Shown here piece after piece: positions 31,051 to 41,296 of a stretch of 64,000 bases of DNA. The notes under the pieces are model-generated. The model made no database searches. It was not told where the DNA came from and saw nothing but the letters and a program-made list of their open reading frames with translations. The translations under genes and the position numbers were made by a program. The DNA is from Candidatus Binatia bacterium. Lineage in GTDB: Bacteria; Desulfobacterota; Binatia; Bin18. The first letter of the stretch is position 1, and each line of letters starts with the position of its first letter. The stretch spans positions 32,001-96,000 of the forward strand of contig CAXXHG010000014.1 of the NCBI GenBank assembly GCA_963666315.2. The letters are read 5' to 3'.

Positions 31051-32040
31051 TTATGCTGCTGCTTGTTCGTGTGGCTGCGGAGCGCTAATGCCCATTGCGC
31101 TCAGTTTCCCAATCGTCCGGTCACTCAGAAGGCCAACTTTCCCCATATTACTCCAGAGCGCGGCGTGAAAATCTTTTTTAAAGAAGGTGCGGAATGCCAC
31201 GTACTCATTATTCTTTGCGACTTTATGACGCATGGTCCGGATGTCTTCGATCTCTGCTGTCGTAAAACCAACCGCCTCATACGCCTCTTTGGGAAACTGT
31301 CCCTGCAAGAGCCCGCCAGTTGCCTCACACGCGAAATCTTCCACCTCTTGCAGTTCTTGCTCTGATAGCTCCTTCATCTGGTCAGGCAGACTCAGCATCC
31401 CAAAACCCATATGACGCGATTCATCAGAAAGAATACGCTGGCAGATCTGGCCGATTAATGGATCTGGACTGTGGTCCGCCAGCATGCGGAACAGCGACAC
31501 CGCCAGCGTTTCTGCCACGAGCTGGGTGCCTACGGTCTTGAGATACCACTGTGGCGTTTCCAGGACGTGATCGAACATTTTCTTTAAGTTGGCAGTCAAC
31601 GGGTACGTCACTCCGACCTTTTCGTATAGATAGCGCGCCAACACTTCAGAATGTCTTGCTTCATCAACCACCTGGGTTGCCATAAAAAACTTCGAGTCGA
31701 TATCAGAAACGCTATTAGCAATTTGGCCGCATACCATCAGTGCAAACTGTTCCCCATACATCAACTGACTGATCCGCCAAGCGGAAAAGTGTCGATTGAG
31801 TGCAAGCCGCTTCTTGTCGTCAAGTTTGTCCCAATACTTCGTCTCGTAGATATCAATCAAACCGTCGGGCAAGATGCCACAATCAGGGTCGCCGCCCTTG
31901 TCCCAGTCGATATCAGTTGATGCGTTCCACTGATCGCGCTTCGCCTTCTCATAGAGATTGCGCATGTCTTGATTTTGGACATCGAGCAGTTGCGTGAAGA
32001 CTACCGAGGCAGTGGCGTTCACGGTATGCGTCTGTGCCAT
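31051..32040 (-). CDS. Ferritin-like diiron protein (AurF-like)
   Basis: GEQ...DEARH and AE...DESRH paired ExxH motifs. Confidence 0.85.
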   Translation of the reverse strand: MAQTHTVNATASVVFTQLLDVQNQDMRNLYEKAKRDQWNASTDIDWDKGGDPDCGILPDGLIDIYETKYWDKLDDKKRLALNRHFSAWRISQLMYGEQFALMVCGQIANSVSDIDSKFFMATQVVDEARHSEVLARYLYEKVGVTYPLTANLKKMFDHVLETPQWYLKTVGTQLVAETLAVSLFRMLADHSPDPLIGQICQRILSDESRHMGFGMLSLPDQMKELSEQELQEVEDFACEATGGLLQGQFPKEAYEAVGFTTAEIEDIRTMRHKVAKNNEYVAFRTFFKKDFHAALWSNMGKVGLLSDRTIGKLSAMGISAPQPHEQAAA

Positions 32041-32185
32041 GCGAGACTCCCTCATTAAAATGTTACTGAAATGTTTCAATACTGAACGGCTGAGTCTATT
32101 CCTAACGAGTTCCCTCTTGCATGTCAATCAAAAAAGCGTCACATACACACAAATAAGAATTTTGGAAAGAGTTTCGGAGGGCAGC

Positions 32186-32458
32186 ATGCACATACGCCTC
32201 GGTCGAGGAATCCTCGTCGTTCGACGAACGCTCGTCGCCTTCCTCACTGCCAGCCTGTTAAGTCTCCTGACAATGAGTTGCAGTCAGCCTGAGGAAAAGT
32301 CGGACACCGGCCCTGCCGAACAGCTCGGACGTCAGATTGATAAAGGCATACTCGGTGCGGTGGATAAAGCAAAAGAGATGCGGAACACACTTGGCGAAAA
32401 GCTCGAGCAGCTTGAGAAAACGATGCAGGAAACAATGCAGAACGATCAAGACGAGTAA
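32186..32458 (+). CDS. Small hypothetical lipoprotein
   Basis: GGAGG RBS, hydrophobic stretch, LTMSC lipobox-like motif and GPAEQLGRQID. Confidence 0.6.
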   Translation: MHIRLGRGILVVRRTLVAFLTASLLSLLTMSCSQPEEKSDTGPAEQLGRQIDKGILGAVDKAKEMRNTLGEKLEQLEKTMQETMQNDQDE

Positions 32459-32461
32459 ACG

Positions 32462-33349
32462 TCAGGACCGCCGCTTGAGCGCACCACAACGCGCGAGGGC
32501 GTCAATCACTGCGCGCATGGTCCAGTCTTGCTCTCCATATTCAGGAAAACGTTCGGTCAGTCTGAGCCGGCCGATCTCAGCCAGCGTGTGCTGCGTTCCG
32601 CGTGCCATGACAGAAGACGAATGCAGGTGCTCTAGGGTCTCGGCCAGCTCGCGCATCTCCTCAGCCCTACGGGCGGCATGAAACGGATAGGTTGGCAGCA
32701 GCCATTCCAAAGCCTGCATAATTCCAGGAAAAAGATCCTGGTAACAGGCAAGCAGGTCATCCAGAAAATCATACTCTTGAGCTGCTACCGTGAGCTCACT
32801 CAATACGGACACTAAACCTTTATTCAGTCCGGAGAATAACATCTTAAAGGCAGATGCCTGCCCAATCTGATCTCCCAGAATATGCGTCCGTAACGATTTG
32901 CCCAGATCGCCCTCAAACCGCTGCGCCTCAGGGCCACTTACATAAAATGTACAGCGTCCACGCACGTCACGAGCCGGACCAATAATACACGCGTCAAGAA
33001 AAGCGCACCCAGCAGCAGTAATAGTCCCGCCCACGTCTTTGACCGTCATGGGCGAGATCGCATTGGCATCGATAAACAGCGGCGTTCGATTGACCTGCCG
33101 AACCGCATCGGCAAAATCACGCGCGACCGCCTGGGCCGCAGTGGGTGGAATGATCGACAGGATAATATCGGCCTTTTCGACAACGGCCGGCGTTGAATCG
33201 AGCTCGGTAATCGTCGCCTGGGTACTCAACTGTCGGGTCCGTTCACTCCGGCCGACCAAGGCTGTAACGACCGGAAACCCATCTTCACGGAGCGCGCGTC
33301 CGACACTATGTCCCATATCACCGGGATACAATATTCCTATCGTCTGCAT
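32462..33349 (-). CDS. NAD(P)-dependent oxidoreductase (3-hydroxyisobutyrate/6PGD-like, DUF1932)
   Basis: GILYPGDMG, DANAISP, IGQASAFKM and HAARRAEEM. Confidence 0.85.
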   Translation of the reverse strand: MQTIGILYPGDMGHSVGRALREDGFPVVTALVGRSERTRQLSTQATITELDSTPAVVEKADIILSIIPPTAAQAVARDFADAVRQVNRTPLFIDANAISPMTVKDVGGTITAAGCAFLDACIIGPARDVRGRCTFYVSGPEAQRFEGDLGKSLRTHILGDQIGQASAFKMLFSGLNKGLVSVLSELTVAAQEYDFLDDLLACYQDLFPGIMQALEWLLPTYPFHAARRAEEMRELAETLEHLHSSSVMARGTQHTLAEIGRLRLTERFPEYGEQDWTMRAVIDALARCGALKRRS

Positions 33350-33547
33350 ATAGTCTCACTCGTCTTGGCACAGAACAGCCTGCGGCAAAACAGCCTGCGG
33401 ATTGTCGCGCCCAGCCTCCTGCCTGTCAAGCTGCTCGCGCAAATTGGGCAAGGTGAGAAAGAGAGCAAACGGCGCGTCTGCATCAGGCCTGCATCGCGCC
33501 TGCATTCCGTATTCCACATTCCTCGCGCCTCGCGTATGATAGGGCGC

Positions 33548-34108
33548 ATGAAAAGCCTGAGAGCGATTGTCATTTTCGTCCTGATCATTGCCGCAGGCGC
33601 CTATGCGTGGACGCAAACGCCTTCCTACTCGGTCTACCGTATCCAACAATCTCTCAACACCCGCGACTATGCAACCTTTACTCAGTATGTCGACGTTGAC
33701 AGCGTTGTCGGGCATGCGCTTGAGGAACTGGGACACGGCAAGGCTGGCACCCCGCAACAAAAACCCGCCCCATCCCAGAACCCGTTAGCCGATCTGGTGC
33801 GTAAAGGTCTGCAAAGCCTTATGCGCAATGTCCAAGATATCGCCAAGGCCGGGGCGGAATTTGCCGTGCAGCAAGCATTCACCAATCAAGACCAGGAGCT
33901 GCCGCAGATCCCCACTGCGGCCATAGTCGGCGCGTTAGTGGGCGGAGAAACACGCGAGGACATTCGCTACTTTCCTGTTCCGCTTAAACACGGTGAAGAG
34001 CTTGAAATTGGATTACGCTACACTTCCGACGGCATATGGCGCGTCGTGCAGGTCACGAATGTCCGTGCGCTCATTGACGAGGTCCAAAGACGACACCAAA
34101 GGTCCTGA
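33548..34108 (+). CDS. DUF2939-like membrane-anchored protein
   Basis: N-terminal TM, TPSYSVYRI...YVDVDSV and WRVV. Confidence 0.65.
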   Translation: MKSLRAIVIFVLIIAAGAYAWTQTPSYSVYRIQQSLNTRDYATFTQYVDVDSVVGHALEELGHGKAGTPQQKPAPSQNPLADLVRKGLQSLMRNVQDIAKAGAEFAVQQAFTNQDQELPQIPTAAIVGALVGGETREDIRYFPVPLKHGEELEIGLRYTSDGIWRVVQVTNVRALIDEVQRRHQRS

Positions 34109-34131
34109 TCCTTGTAAAGAAAGAAGAACTC

Positions 34132-35154
34132 ATGACACAAACGACTCCAAAACTACGCTTCGGCCTGTGGTATGCCTTCCGCAATCCGCCCCAGTGGCAT
34201 CAGCCATATCAAGATCTATACGCCGAGGTCCTCGAACAAATTGTATGGGCTGAGCAGATTGGTTACGACGACGTGTGGCTGACTGAGCATCATTTTGCCG
34301 AAGACGGACATGCACCCTCGCCTTTGCCACAAGCGGCCGCCATTGCGGTTAAAACCAAAACTATGCGCATAGGCACCGGCGTTATGTTGCTGCCGCTCTA
34401 CCATCCCGTCCGTGTCGCAGAAGATGCAGCCACCATCGACATTTTGTCCAACGGCCGGTTTGAGCTCGGCATCGGCGTTGGCTACCGCGTTGAAGAGTTT
34501 GCCGGCCTGGGCATTTCGCGCAACCAGCGTGGTCGACGTGCAAACGAAAGCCTCGAAATCATTCGTCGCCTGTGGGCAGGCGAAACCGTTACCTATAACG
34601 GCAAGTATTTCCAGATTGAGAATATCCGGCTCACGCCGGGGCCGGTTCAACAACCTCACCCGCCCATCTGGGTAGGCGGCTTCTCACCCGCCGCGGTCAA
34701 ACGTGCCGCTCGTCTCGGGGATGGCTATATCGGCACAGGCGATATGGCAGAGATGGCCAAGCTGTATTGCGACGAACTACGCGCACTAGGCAAAGATGCG
34801 GATAATCCAAAATTGGCCGGCGGACATTTTTGGTTGATCGTGGCCAACGACCCGGACAAGGCGTGGAGTGAAATCGGCCCGCACGTCTTGTATCAGATCA
34901 ATGTGTACGCCGAGTGGCTCAAAAAAGCCGGTCAAGATTTATTTCCACATCTGGAAGACGAGGCTGCGCTCAAAGTCAGTGGCATTCTGAATATCGTCAC
35001 GCCGGAAACCGCGGTACAGATGATCAAGGACTATATAGCCGCCGTGCCCCTCCAACGCTTTTACACCTGGACCATCCCGCCCGGCTATCCGGTCTCGAAA
35101 ATGAACGGGCACCTCGAACTCTTTGCCACGAAGGTCATGCCGCATTTTCGGTAA
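34132..35154 (+). CDS. LLM-class flavin-dependent oxidoreductase
   Basis: WLTEHHF, HPVRVAEDAATIDILSNGR and PVQQPHPPIWVGG. Confidence 0.92.
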   Translation: MTQTTPKLRFGLWYAFRNPPQWHQPYQDLYAEVLEQIVWAEQIGYDDVWLTEHHFAEDGHAPSPLPQAAAIAVKTKTMRIGTGVMLLPLYHPVRVAEDAATIDILSNGRFELGIGVGYRVEEFAGLGISRNQRGRRANESLEIIRRLWAGETVTYNGKYFQIENIRLTPGPVQQPHPPIWVGGFSPAAVKRAARLGDGYIGTGDMAEMAKLYCDELRALGKDADNPKLAGGHFWLIVANDPDKAWSEIGPHVLYQINVYAEWLKKAGQDLFPHLEDEAALKVSGILNIVTPETAVQMIKDYIAAVPLQRFYTWTIPPGYPVSKMNGHLELFATKVMPHFR

Positions 35155-35192
35155 TACTACCAAGAACGAGGAACAGGCGGCGGCTGACTACT

Positions 35193-36098
35193 ATGCAAGC
35201 CTTTACCTCTGCGTGTTATACCGTACCCATGGGGAATCATTCCTACCCCATGGATAAATATCACTTGATTCCGGAGCGGCTGCTGGCAGAGAGAGTACTC
35301 AGTCCAGACGAAATCAGTGAGCCCGAACCCATCGCACTCGACGACATCCTGCGCGTGCATACGCCTGAATATGTGCGCGCCTTTACCAACGGCACCTTGG
35401 AACGAAAGGCCCTACTGCGGCTCGGTCTGCCGTGGTCCCAAGAACTGGTCCAGCGGGCTTTTGCCGTGATAGGTGGAACGCTGGGAGCGGCGCGGGCAGC
35501 ACTCAGAGACGGCGTGGGCGTGAATCTCGCCGGCGGCACGCATCACGCGTTTGCCGCTCATGGCGAAGGCTATTGTATTTTCAATGACCTCGTCATCGTC
35601 CTGCGCCGTCTACGCCAAGACGGTTGCGCCCAGCGCTTCCTCATTATTGACCTCGACGTGCATCAGGGCAATGGAACTGCGGCATTGTGCCGGACCGATC
35701 CAGATACTTTTACTTTTTCGATGCACGCACAGAATAATTATCCGGGCCAGAAGGAAAAGAGCTCATGGGATATCGCCTTACCTGACGGCACAACAGATGC
35801 GCAGTATCTGCATGCGCTCAGCAAGGCGCTTCCCCAACTTCTCGACCAGACCACGCCGGACATGATGCTCTACCAAGCAGGCGTTGACGTACTTGGCGGA
35901 GATCGTTTCGGCAAGCTCGCGCTTTCGATGGCGGGGGTTGGCGAACGGGATCGGCTGGTGGCTGCATCTGCCCGGCGGGCAGGTATCCCGCTTGTTGTGA
36001 CGTTAGGTGGAGGCTATGCGCGCGATATCAACACAATTGTTGAGACACACTGTCAGACAGTCAAGGCGATAAAACGAGAGGCGTGTATCACGCCGTGA
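35193..36098 (+). CDS. Histone deacetylase family protein
   Basis: GGTHHA, GYCIFND, DLDVHQGNGT, AGVD and LGGGY. Confidence 0.92.
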   Translation: MQAFTSACYTVPMGNHSYPMDKYHLIPERLLAERVLSPDEISEPEPIALDDILRVHTPEYVRAFTNGTLERKALLRLGLPWSQELVQRAFAVIGGTLGAARAALRDGVGVNLAGGTHHAFAAHGEGYCIFNDLVIVLRRLRQDGCAQRFLIIDLDVHQGNGTAALCRTDPDTFTFSMHAQNNYPGQKEKSSWDIALPDGTTDAQYLHALSKALPQLLDQTTPDMMLYQAGVDVLGGDRFGKLALSMAGVGERDRLVAASARRAGIPLVVTLGGGYARDINTIVETHCQTVKAIKREACITP

Positions 36099-36206
36099 GT
36101 GTCGAGTGCCCCGTAGGCCTTCACAACAGGCGAAAGAAAGGGCCCGGCTCCGATAGTCTACAGCATCCTCCACAGTGCTCTTTAAGTGTTTCCACAGCAG
36201 CCCTCT

Positions 36207-37670
36207 CTACCCCACCAGTGGCAGCTCTTCCCCTTGTGCGAGGCGAGTCAGAAAAGCGCGTAGATCATTGTTTGAGAGGCCAGGGGTATCAGGCGCAGCA
36301 AAGAGGAGCGCGACATTTTGGTCGGAGCGCGATAGACTCGCCAATTGAGCCTGCGCGCGGCTGCGAATGAATGGGCCTATGAGTCGGGCTAATTCAGAAA
36401 TAAACTGCGAGGCAAGTAAAAGTTTTTCTCCAGCACTGTTCGCCTGGCTCTGCATTTCCCGGTAGACGGCGACCATCCCCACATGCAGAACAAGTTCGTT
36501 ATCCGTGAGAGCCCACAACTCTTTTCGCACCGTCCCCCACACCAGCGTCAGTTCATCTATCACCGGCCAGAGTGCCGTGTGCAGGAGTGAGGTAGTTTCC
36601 GCCGCGATGAGACGGACGAGCGCGGCCTTCCAATCCGGAGAGAGTAAAGGGTCTCCGCGCATGGAACGCCGCTTCGGGTCGGGCAGCCGTTCGAGAATCT
36701 CTCCTTTTTCATCAAGGATAAGATGATCTTCGAGCGCATGTCCCAGGATGGTCAGACTGGCCACATAGCGCCGCTGTCCATCTTCAGCCTGGAGCACACG
36801 CAGTCGATGCGCTTCAGCCACAAGATCCGCTCGGTAATATGTATGGCCGTGATCATAGACTTTTTCGACTCCATCGCGCAGCTGTACACATGTATGCGCG
36901 GCAGGATAAAAGCGTTCATGCGGTGCAGGCTGCCAGTCTATCGCCGCCTCAACCATGGTCATATGGATGGCGGCTTCCTCCGCCCCGTGTGTAAAACGTT
37001 CACGATTTGCGCCAACGTCTCCGCCACATCGAAACGACTCTCGCAACGTAGAAAAGAGTTGGCCGCTGGGATACGGACCGCGATAGCGAAGCGCTGCTTT
37101 CTCCTGGTCTTGCCCCAGCAATGCGATCACATTGAGTACGGTCGAACCGCCACCATGCGGCAGACGGACAGGGTCATCTAGGGGCGGCAGCGCATCCAGA
37201 TTCTCATAGCTAACTGCACGGAACAGCGTCAGAGAACGGCTCGGTTCAAACCCGCCCTCTCCCTCTAACGCCCAAATGACATCCGAAGCGCCCCAACCAA
37301 GATGCGACGCCGCTGCCCGCACAACGCCCAGAAAACGGCCATCCAGGTTGCGCACCTTAAACTTTTGCAGCCTGCCATCAGCCGCATAGGAGACCAGCAG
37401 GAGCAACCGCCCATGCCGATCAAAAGTTGCTAACCGACACGGCCCGGAAACAGAAACAGACGGCGGCATAAAGAATGTCAGCGTCCCGTGGACGGTGTGT
37501 TCAATACAGACGTGTTCATTCACGTACCAGCTGGACCGGCCAGATTCAGACACCGGATCAGTAGCCCTCAGCGCTGAGCGAAAAGCTGCGATCCTCTCTG
37601 TTTTGATAGCTTCGGCTTCTAAGGTCTGTAGTGCGAGTGCGAGTGTCTCGGAGGAGAGCGGTTCAGTCAT
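36207..37670 (-). CDS. Hypothetical protein
   Basis: 487-aa ORF starting 16 nt after the helicase stop; no family recognised. Confidence 0.75.
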   Translation of the reverse strand: MTEPLSSETLALALQTLEAEAIKTERIAAFRSALRATDPVSESGRSSWYVNEHVCIEHTVHGTLTFFMPPSVSVSGPCRLATFDRHGRLLLLVSYAADGRLQKFKVRNLDGRFLGVVRAAASHLGWGASDVIWALEGEGGFEPSRSLTLFRAVSYENLDALPPLDDPVRLPHGGGSTVLNVIALLGQDQEKAALRYRGPYPSGQLFSTLRESFRCGGDVGANRERFTHGAEEAAIHMTMVEAAIDWQPAPHERFYPAAHTCVQLRDGVEKVYDHGHTYYRADLVAEAHRLRVLQAEDGQRRYVASLTILGHALEDHLILDEKGEILERLPDPKRRSMRGDPLLSPDWKAALVRLIAAETTSLLHTALWPVIDELTLVWGTVRKELWALTDNELVLHVGMVAVYREMQSQANSAGEKLLLASQFISELARLIGPFIRSRAQAQLASLSRSDQNVALLFAAPDTPGLSNNDLRAFLTRLAQGEELPLVG

Positions 37671-37685
37671 ACATGCTTGCGTTTT

Positions 37686-39887
37686 TCAGGCTGTTTGCAG
37701 CGCAGCAATCTGGCTGGTCGATAAATATTCGGCAAGGACTGCCGGCTCAGCTTCACGCACAGCATCAGGCGAATCAAATCCTGCGGCAACCAGGGTCTTT
37801 ACTTCTTCTCGGTTGAGACCGGGCAGATTGGCACGCGCGAGCGCCAACCCCTGTGTATCGACTCCGAACCGTGCCCGCTCAGCCAACTCGGCGAGTTGCT
37901 TGGCCGGTGCCCAGCCCATGACTTCGGCAATATCGGCTGCCGCATTCACCAGCCAACTGATTTCATCTGTCAGGGTCAGAATGGTTCCAGCGTAGCACTG
38001 GCAGCGGTTTTCTAAGGAAGACAGCGCATCGCCATTAATCCAACCCATAAGCAGCAGAGAGAGTTTGGCTGCCCGAGCCTCTTGTGTCGTCGGCAGCATG
38101 CGTGCGTTCAGCAATTTCTGCAACTCGTGACCGGGCTCATGTCCTCGTTCGTGCACCCACTCACTGACTTTGCTCTCATACCCCCGGCCACGATGTTCAG
38201 CAGGCGACAGCGGGACGTGCATTCTTTGGCCGTCTTCGGTCAGGCTTAACTCATAGAAAAGTTCCAGCTCCGGCACCTCGCGTCCCTGAGCAGTTTCAAA
38301 AAACCGCGCCAATTTCACAGCTGTGGCAGCACGGATGCCTTTCCGCGCAGCAACCTCGCCTAAGGTTGAGGCTTCCAGTCGTCCATCTTCAGTCAGATTC
38401 ACGAGTTGCGCGTGGGTCAAAACATCGAGGGTATTATTCGCCTCGGCAGACAGGTTGGCATCTTTGCCGTGTTGCTGAAATCCGAGATAGGTCAGGTTTA
38501 AAAAGGCGTGCAGTTCATCTTTAGATATGCAGACTTTGGAAGCGACCAGATTGAGCACCCGGTCTGCTAACCCGGTCTGGCCAGGTGCCGGAGTGAACTG
38601 TTCCTGCTCGCCCATCACATAACCACGCCACAATAGGTCAGCCTGGAACTGATTGGTGGCGATCAATACCGACCGACCGAACTCCACACCGAGCCCTAGT
38701 CGTCCGGCACGCCCGGAGATGTTTTCATATTCAGCCCATGACAGCGGCACTTCGATAGCAGTCCCCGTCCGCTTGTCCATATCCCATTTGACCGCTTCGA
38801 TGAATACGGTAGAAGCGGGCAAGTTGACGCCAAAAGCCAGCGTTGTGGTACACGCAATGACGCGTACCTCACCTCGTCGGTAGGCCGACTCCACAATAGC
38901 CCGCTCAGCCGAGGTCAGATCCGCATGATGGAAGGCGACTCCACCGCTCAAGGCGTCACGAAGTTGCGCCTTCAGTGACGTTTCTTCAAGTGGTTCGAGT
39001 GCGGCGAGAGCGTCTTTTGCCGGCGACAGCTGTGCGGCTTCTGCCAGTTCGAGGGCGCACTGGACCGTATCCCGCTTGCCTTTCAGAAAAATGAGCACCT
39101 GCTCGTCTTTCTGGGTAAAATGCTTCACATTGGCAAACAGAATCTCGTGCGGGTCATCGGATTCGATCGCAGCAAGCTGTTCTTCGCCTTCTTCCCCAGT
39201 ATTATACGCGCGGTAGCGAAAGCGCTCGCCGAGCACGACTCCGCGATAGAGTTCAACCGGACGCTCGTCCTGCAGGAGGAGATCCGCGTTCAGCCATTCA
39301 GCGACTTGGTCAGCCTCGCGCAAGACCGCCGACAACCCCAAAAGTTGAGGCCGAGGCTCTGAGCTGAGGAGTTTGGTCAGGGTCAGTTCGAGTCCAGACC
39401 CCCGTTCCGGATCTCCGAGCATCTGGAGTTCATCGACCACGACAAGGGCGACACTGTGCAATAAATGTGGATGACGAACGAGCATTTGCGCCAGCTTTTC
39501 ATACACCAGGACAGCGAGATGGAAGTCGCCTTGCTCAATGTCTTGGTCAAACTCGCGCCGGTCCCGCGTGGCGACAACCACCTTGACTCCATACGTACCG
39601 TACCGAGCGCGGAACGTCTCATATTTTTCTTCTGCTAAGGCACGCAGCGGCGTCAAATACAGCACCCGTTTCCCGGCAAAAGCTGAACGCATGGCCGCCA
39701 TTTCGCCTACAAAAGTTTTTCCCGAGGAGGTCGGAGACGAGACAACAAGGCTCTGGCCTTCCAAAAGCCCGTAGCGTTGAACCGCGACTTCTTGCACGGG
39801 CAGGAGAAATTCGCCCTGCTGCTGTTCCCAAATATCGAGCAAAGAGTCGGGCAACTCGTATTTACGCAGGTCCCGAATACGCCGCAT
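37686..39887 (-). CDS. Ski2/Hel308-like SF2 helicase
   Basis: PTSSGKT, PLRALAEEK, DELQ, LSA, GVAFHHADL, TTTLAFGVNLPA and SGRAGR; winged-helix/ratchet/HhH-like C-terminus. Confidence 0.9.
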   Translation of the reverse strand: MRRIRDLRKYELPDSLLDIWEQQQGEFLLPVQEVAVQRYGLLEGQSLVVSSPTSSGKTFVGEMAAMRSAFAGKRVLYLTPLRALAEEKYETFRARYGTYGVKVVVATRDRREFDQDIEQGDFHLAVLVYEKLAQMLVRHPHLLHSVALVVVDELQMLGDPERGSGLELTLTKLLSSEPRPQLLGLSAVLREADQVAEWLNADLLLQDERPVELYRGVVLGERFRYRAYNTGEEGEEQLAAIESDDPHEILFANVKHFTQKDEQVLIFLKGKRDTVQCALELAEAAQLSPAKDALAALEPLEETSLKAQLRDALSGGVAFHHADLTSAERAIVESAYRRGEVRVIACTTTLAFGVNLPASTVFIEAVKWDMDKRTGTAIEVPLSWAEYENISGRAGRLGLGVEFGRSVLIATNQFQADLLWRGYVMGEQEQFTPAPGQTGLADRVLNLVASKVCISKDELHAFLNLTYLGFQQHGKDANLSAEANNTLDVLTHAQLVNLTEDGRLEASTLGEVAARKGIRAATAVKLARFFETAQGREVPELELFYELSLTEDGQRMHVPLSPAEHRGRGYESKVSEWVHERGHEPGHELQKLLNARMLPTTQEARAAKLSLLLMGWINGDALSSLENRCQCYAGTILTLTDEISWLVNAAADIAEVMGWAPAKQLAELAERARFGVDTQGLALARANLPGLNREEVKTLVAAGFDSPDAVREAEPAVLAEYLSTSQIAALQTA

Positions 39888-39976
39888 GTCACTAGCCCTC
39901 GTGTGAGCCTATGCTACCAGTCAAGATAGGCAGGGAAAAGGGAGAATGTGGCAAGGGAGCAGGTAGCCTGTTCGCC

Positions 39977-40000
39977 CGGGCGAGGCGGCCTCGCCCCTAC
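39977..40000. repeat. GTAG-type REP-like palindrome
   Basis: CGGGCGAGG-CGG-CCTCGCCCCTAC, identical to 8074-8097 except the 3-nt loop. Confidence 0.75.
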
Positions 40001-40524
40001 GTGTGCACTGAGGAGGCCGCCGATTGCTGTTCCGCCTGCCGCGCCCGCACATAGCCTTCCATCCCGCCACAGGCCAGAATTTCAATATACAGGTCAGACA
40101 AGTCGCGAATCGGATAGCGCGTGCCGGCACTCAGGGCTTTCACTACCCGACTATTCACGTCGATCCGCAATCGGTCCCCGGTCCGAATTTCACCCGCTTC
40201 CCACAGGGTAAGCGGCGGCAGCCCGATGTTGAGACACAGCCGGAAGAACGGCCGCGAAAAGGCTGGGGCAATAATACCAACGACATCATTCCGTTTGAGG
40301 GCCTCAGCCGCCTGAATGCAGGGCTCGCCTGCTCCTATCTTCCCGGTCGTTAAGAGCATGATCCCAGACGAGCCGTAGGTTCCTTCGGCAACGCCAGCCA
40401 CAATGGCATCGCTAGACAGCGCACCCTGCACGGCCTGTACGCGGGCCGTTAGAATGAGTTGGTCAACGTCCACACCTTGTCCTCAGACTGGAATAACGGC
40501 CTTTCTTTGTATAGAGAGCGGCAT
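39997..40524 (-). CDS. LeuD/aconitase swivel-domain small-subunit-like protein
   Basis: DVDQLI, IIAPAFSRPFFRLCLNIGLP, GDRLRID and ILACGGM. The RBS-linked ATG 40524 has an in-frame TGA at codon 14; the open frame resumes at GTG 40473. Confidence 0.75.
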
Positions 40525-40579
40525 GCTAGTCGTGCCCTCCTTCGGATGCTTGATGCCTAACCCTTGTCTACCTATCCAA

Positions 40580-41296
40580 CTAGACAACTCGCTGCATACG
40601 CGGAATGCGATCCGTCTGAAACTGATCCAATGTATCAGGACTCAGACGGGCCAGCGTCTGCCCACACACCTCAAGGCCAGCAATAAAATCCCGCAATTCA
40701 ATACCAAGAAACACAGGCGAGTGTGGGATGATTTTGAGTAAGCCTTCGTGCAGCAATGAGCGGGCGCCGTCCAGGTTGCGTCGCCCGAGATGATAGAACG
40801 CCACAGCGATCTGGATCAGCCCCTGCAGGAAACTTTTCACGTCACCGTATTCTTGCATCCATTCAGGCTCTAATACCTCATGCACTTCAAAGAAAAGCTT
40901 ATGGTTAAAAAGCACAATACCTTTGCGTAAAACGACATCGAGGCGAGACAGTTCGCTTCCTGCGGACCAGTCGTCTAATGCGGTTGCGTACTGGGTGAGC
41001 GTGGGTCGGATCTCTCGCCACTCAGATACGAACGTAGAGGCAAGGTTCACCTGCCCGGCTTCCTGTTCGTCCGAAGACAGCAACGCGCACTCCTGAAGTC
41101 GTTGTCGTATGAGTTCCTTATCAGCAAGCTCAAAGGGTTCGGCAGACAGCAACAACTCATCAACGACTCGTGTATGAGGCTCGGATTCACAGGCCTGTCC
41201 GTATGCCGCAAGACAGCGCACAACGGCGGCTGTAACAGGATCGTCCAACGCCTCAACCAGCAGTCCTGCTAACACATCGCGGGTGGAGACTCTCAT
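40580..41296 (-). CDS. DUF309 domain protein
   Basis: LFNHKLFFEVHEVLEPEW and LQGLIQIAVAFYH. Confidence 0.88.
   Translation of the reverse strand: MRVSTRDVLAGLLVEALDDPVTAAVVRCLAAYGQACESEPHTRVVDELLLSAEPFELADKELIRQRLQECALLSSDEQEAGQVNLASTFVSEWREIRPTLTQYATALDDWSAGSELSRLDVVLRKGIVLFNHKLFFEVHEVLEPEWMQEYGDVKSFLQGLIQIAVAFYHLGRRNLDGARSLLHEGLLKIIPHSPVFLGIELRDFIAGLEVCGQTLARLSPDTLDQFQTDRIPRMQRVV

Noticed and set aside
40483-40485. Selenocysteine at the in-frame TGA of the LeuD-like gene
   Set aside because: Not a known catalytic Cys position and no SECIS recognised; error or nonsense mutation is simpler.
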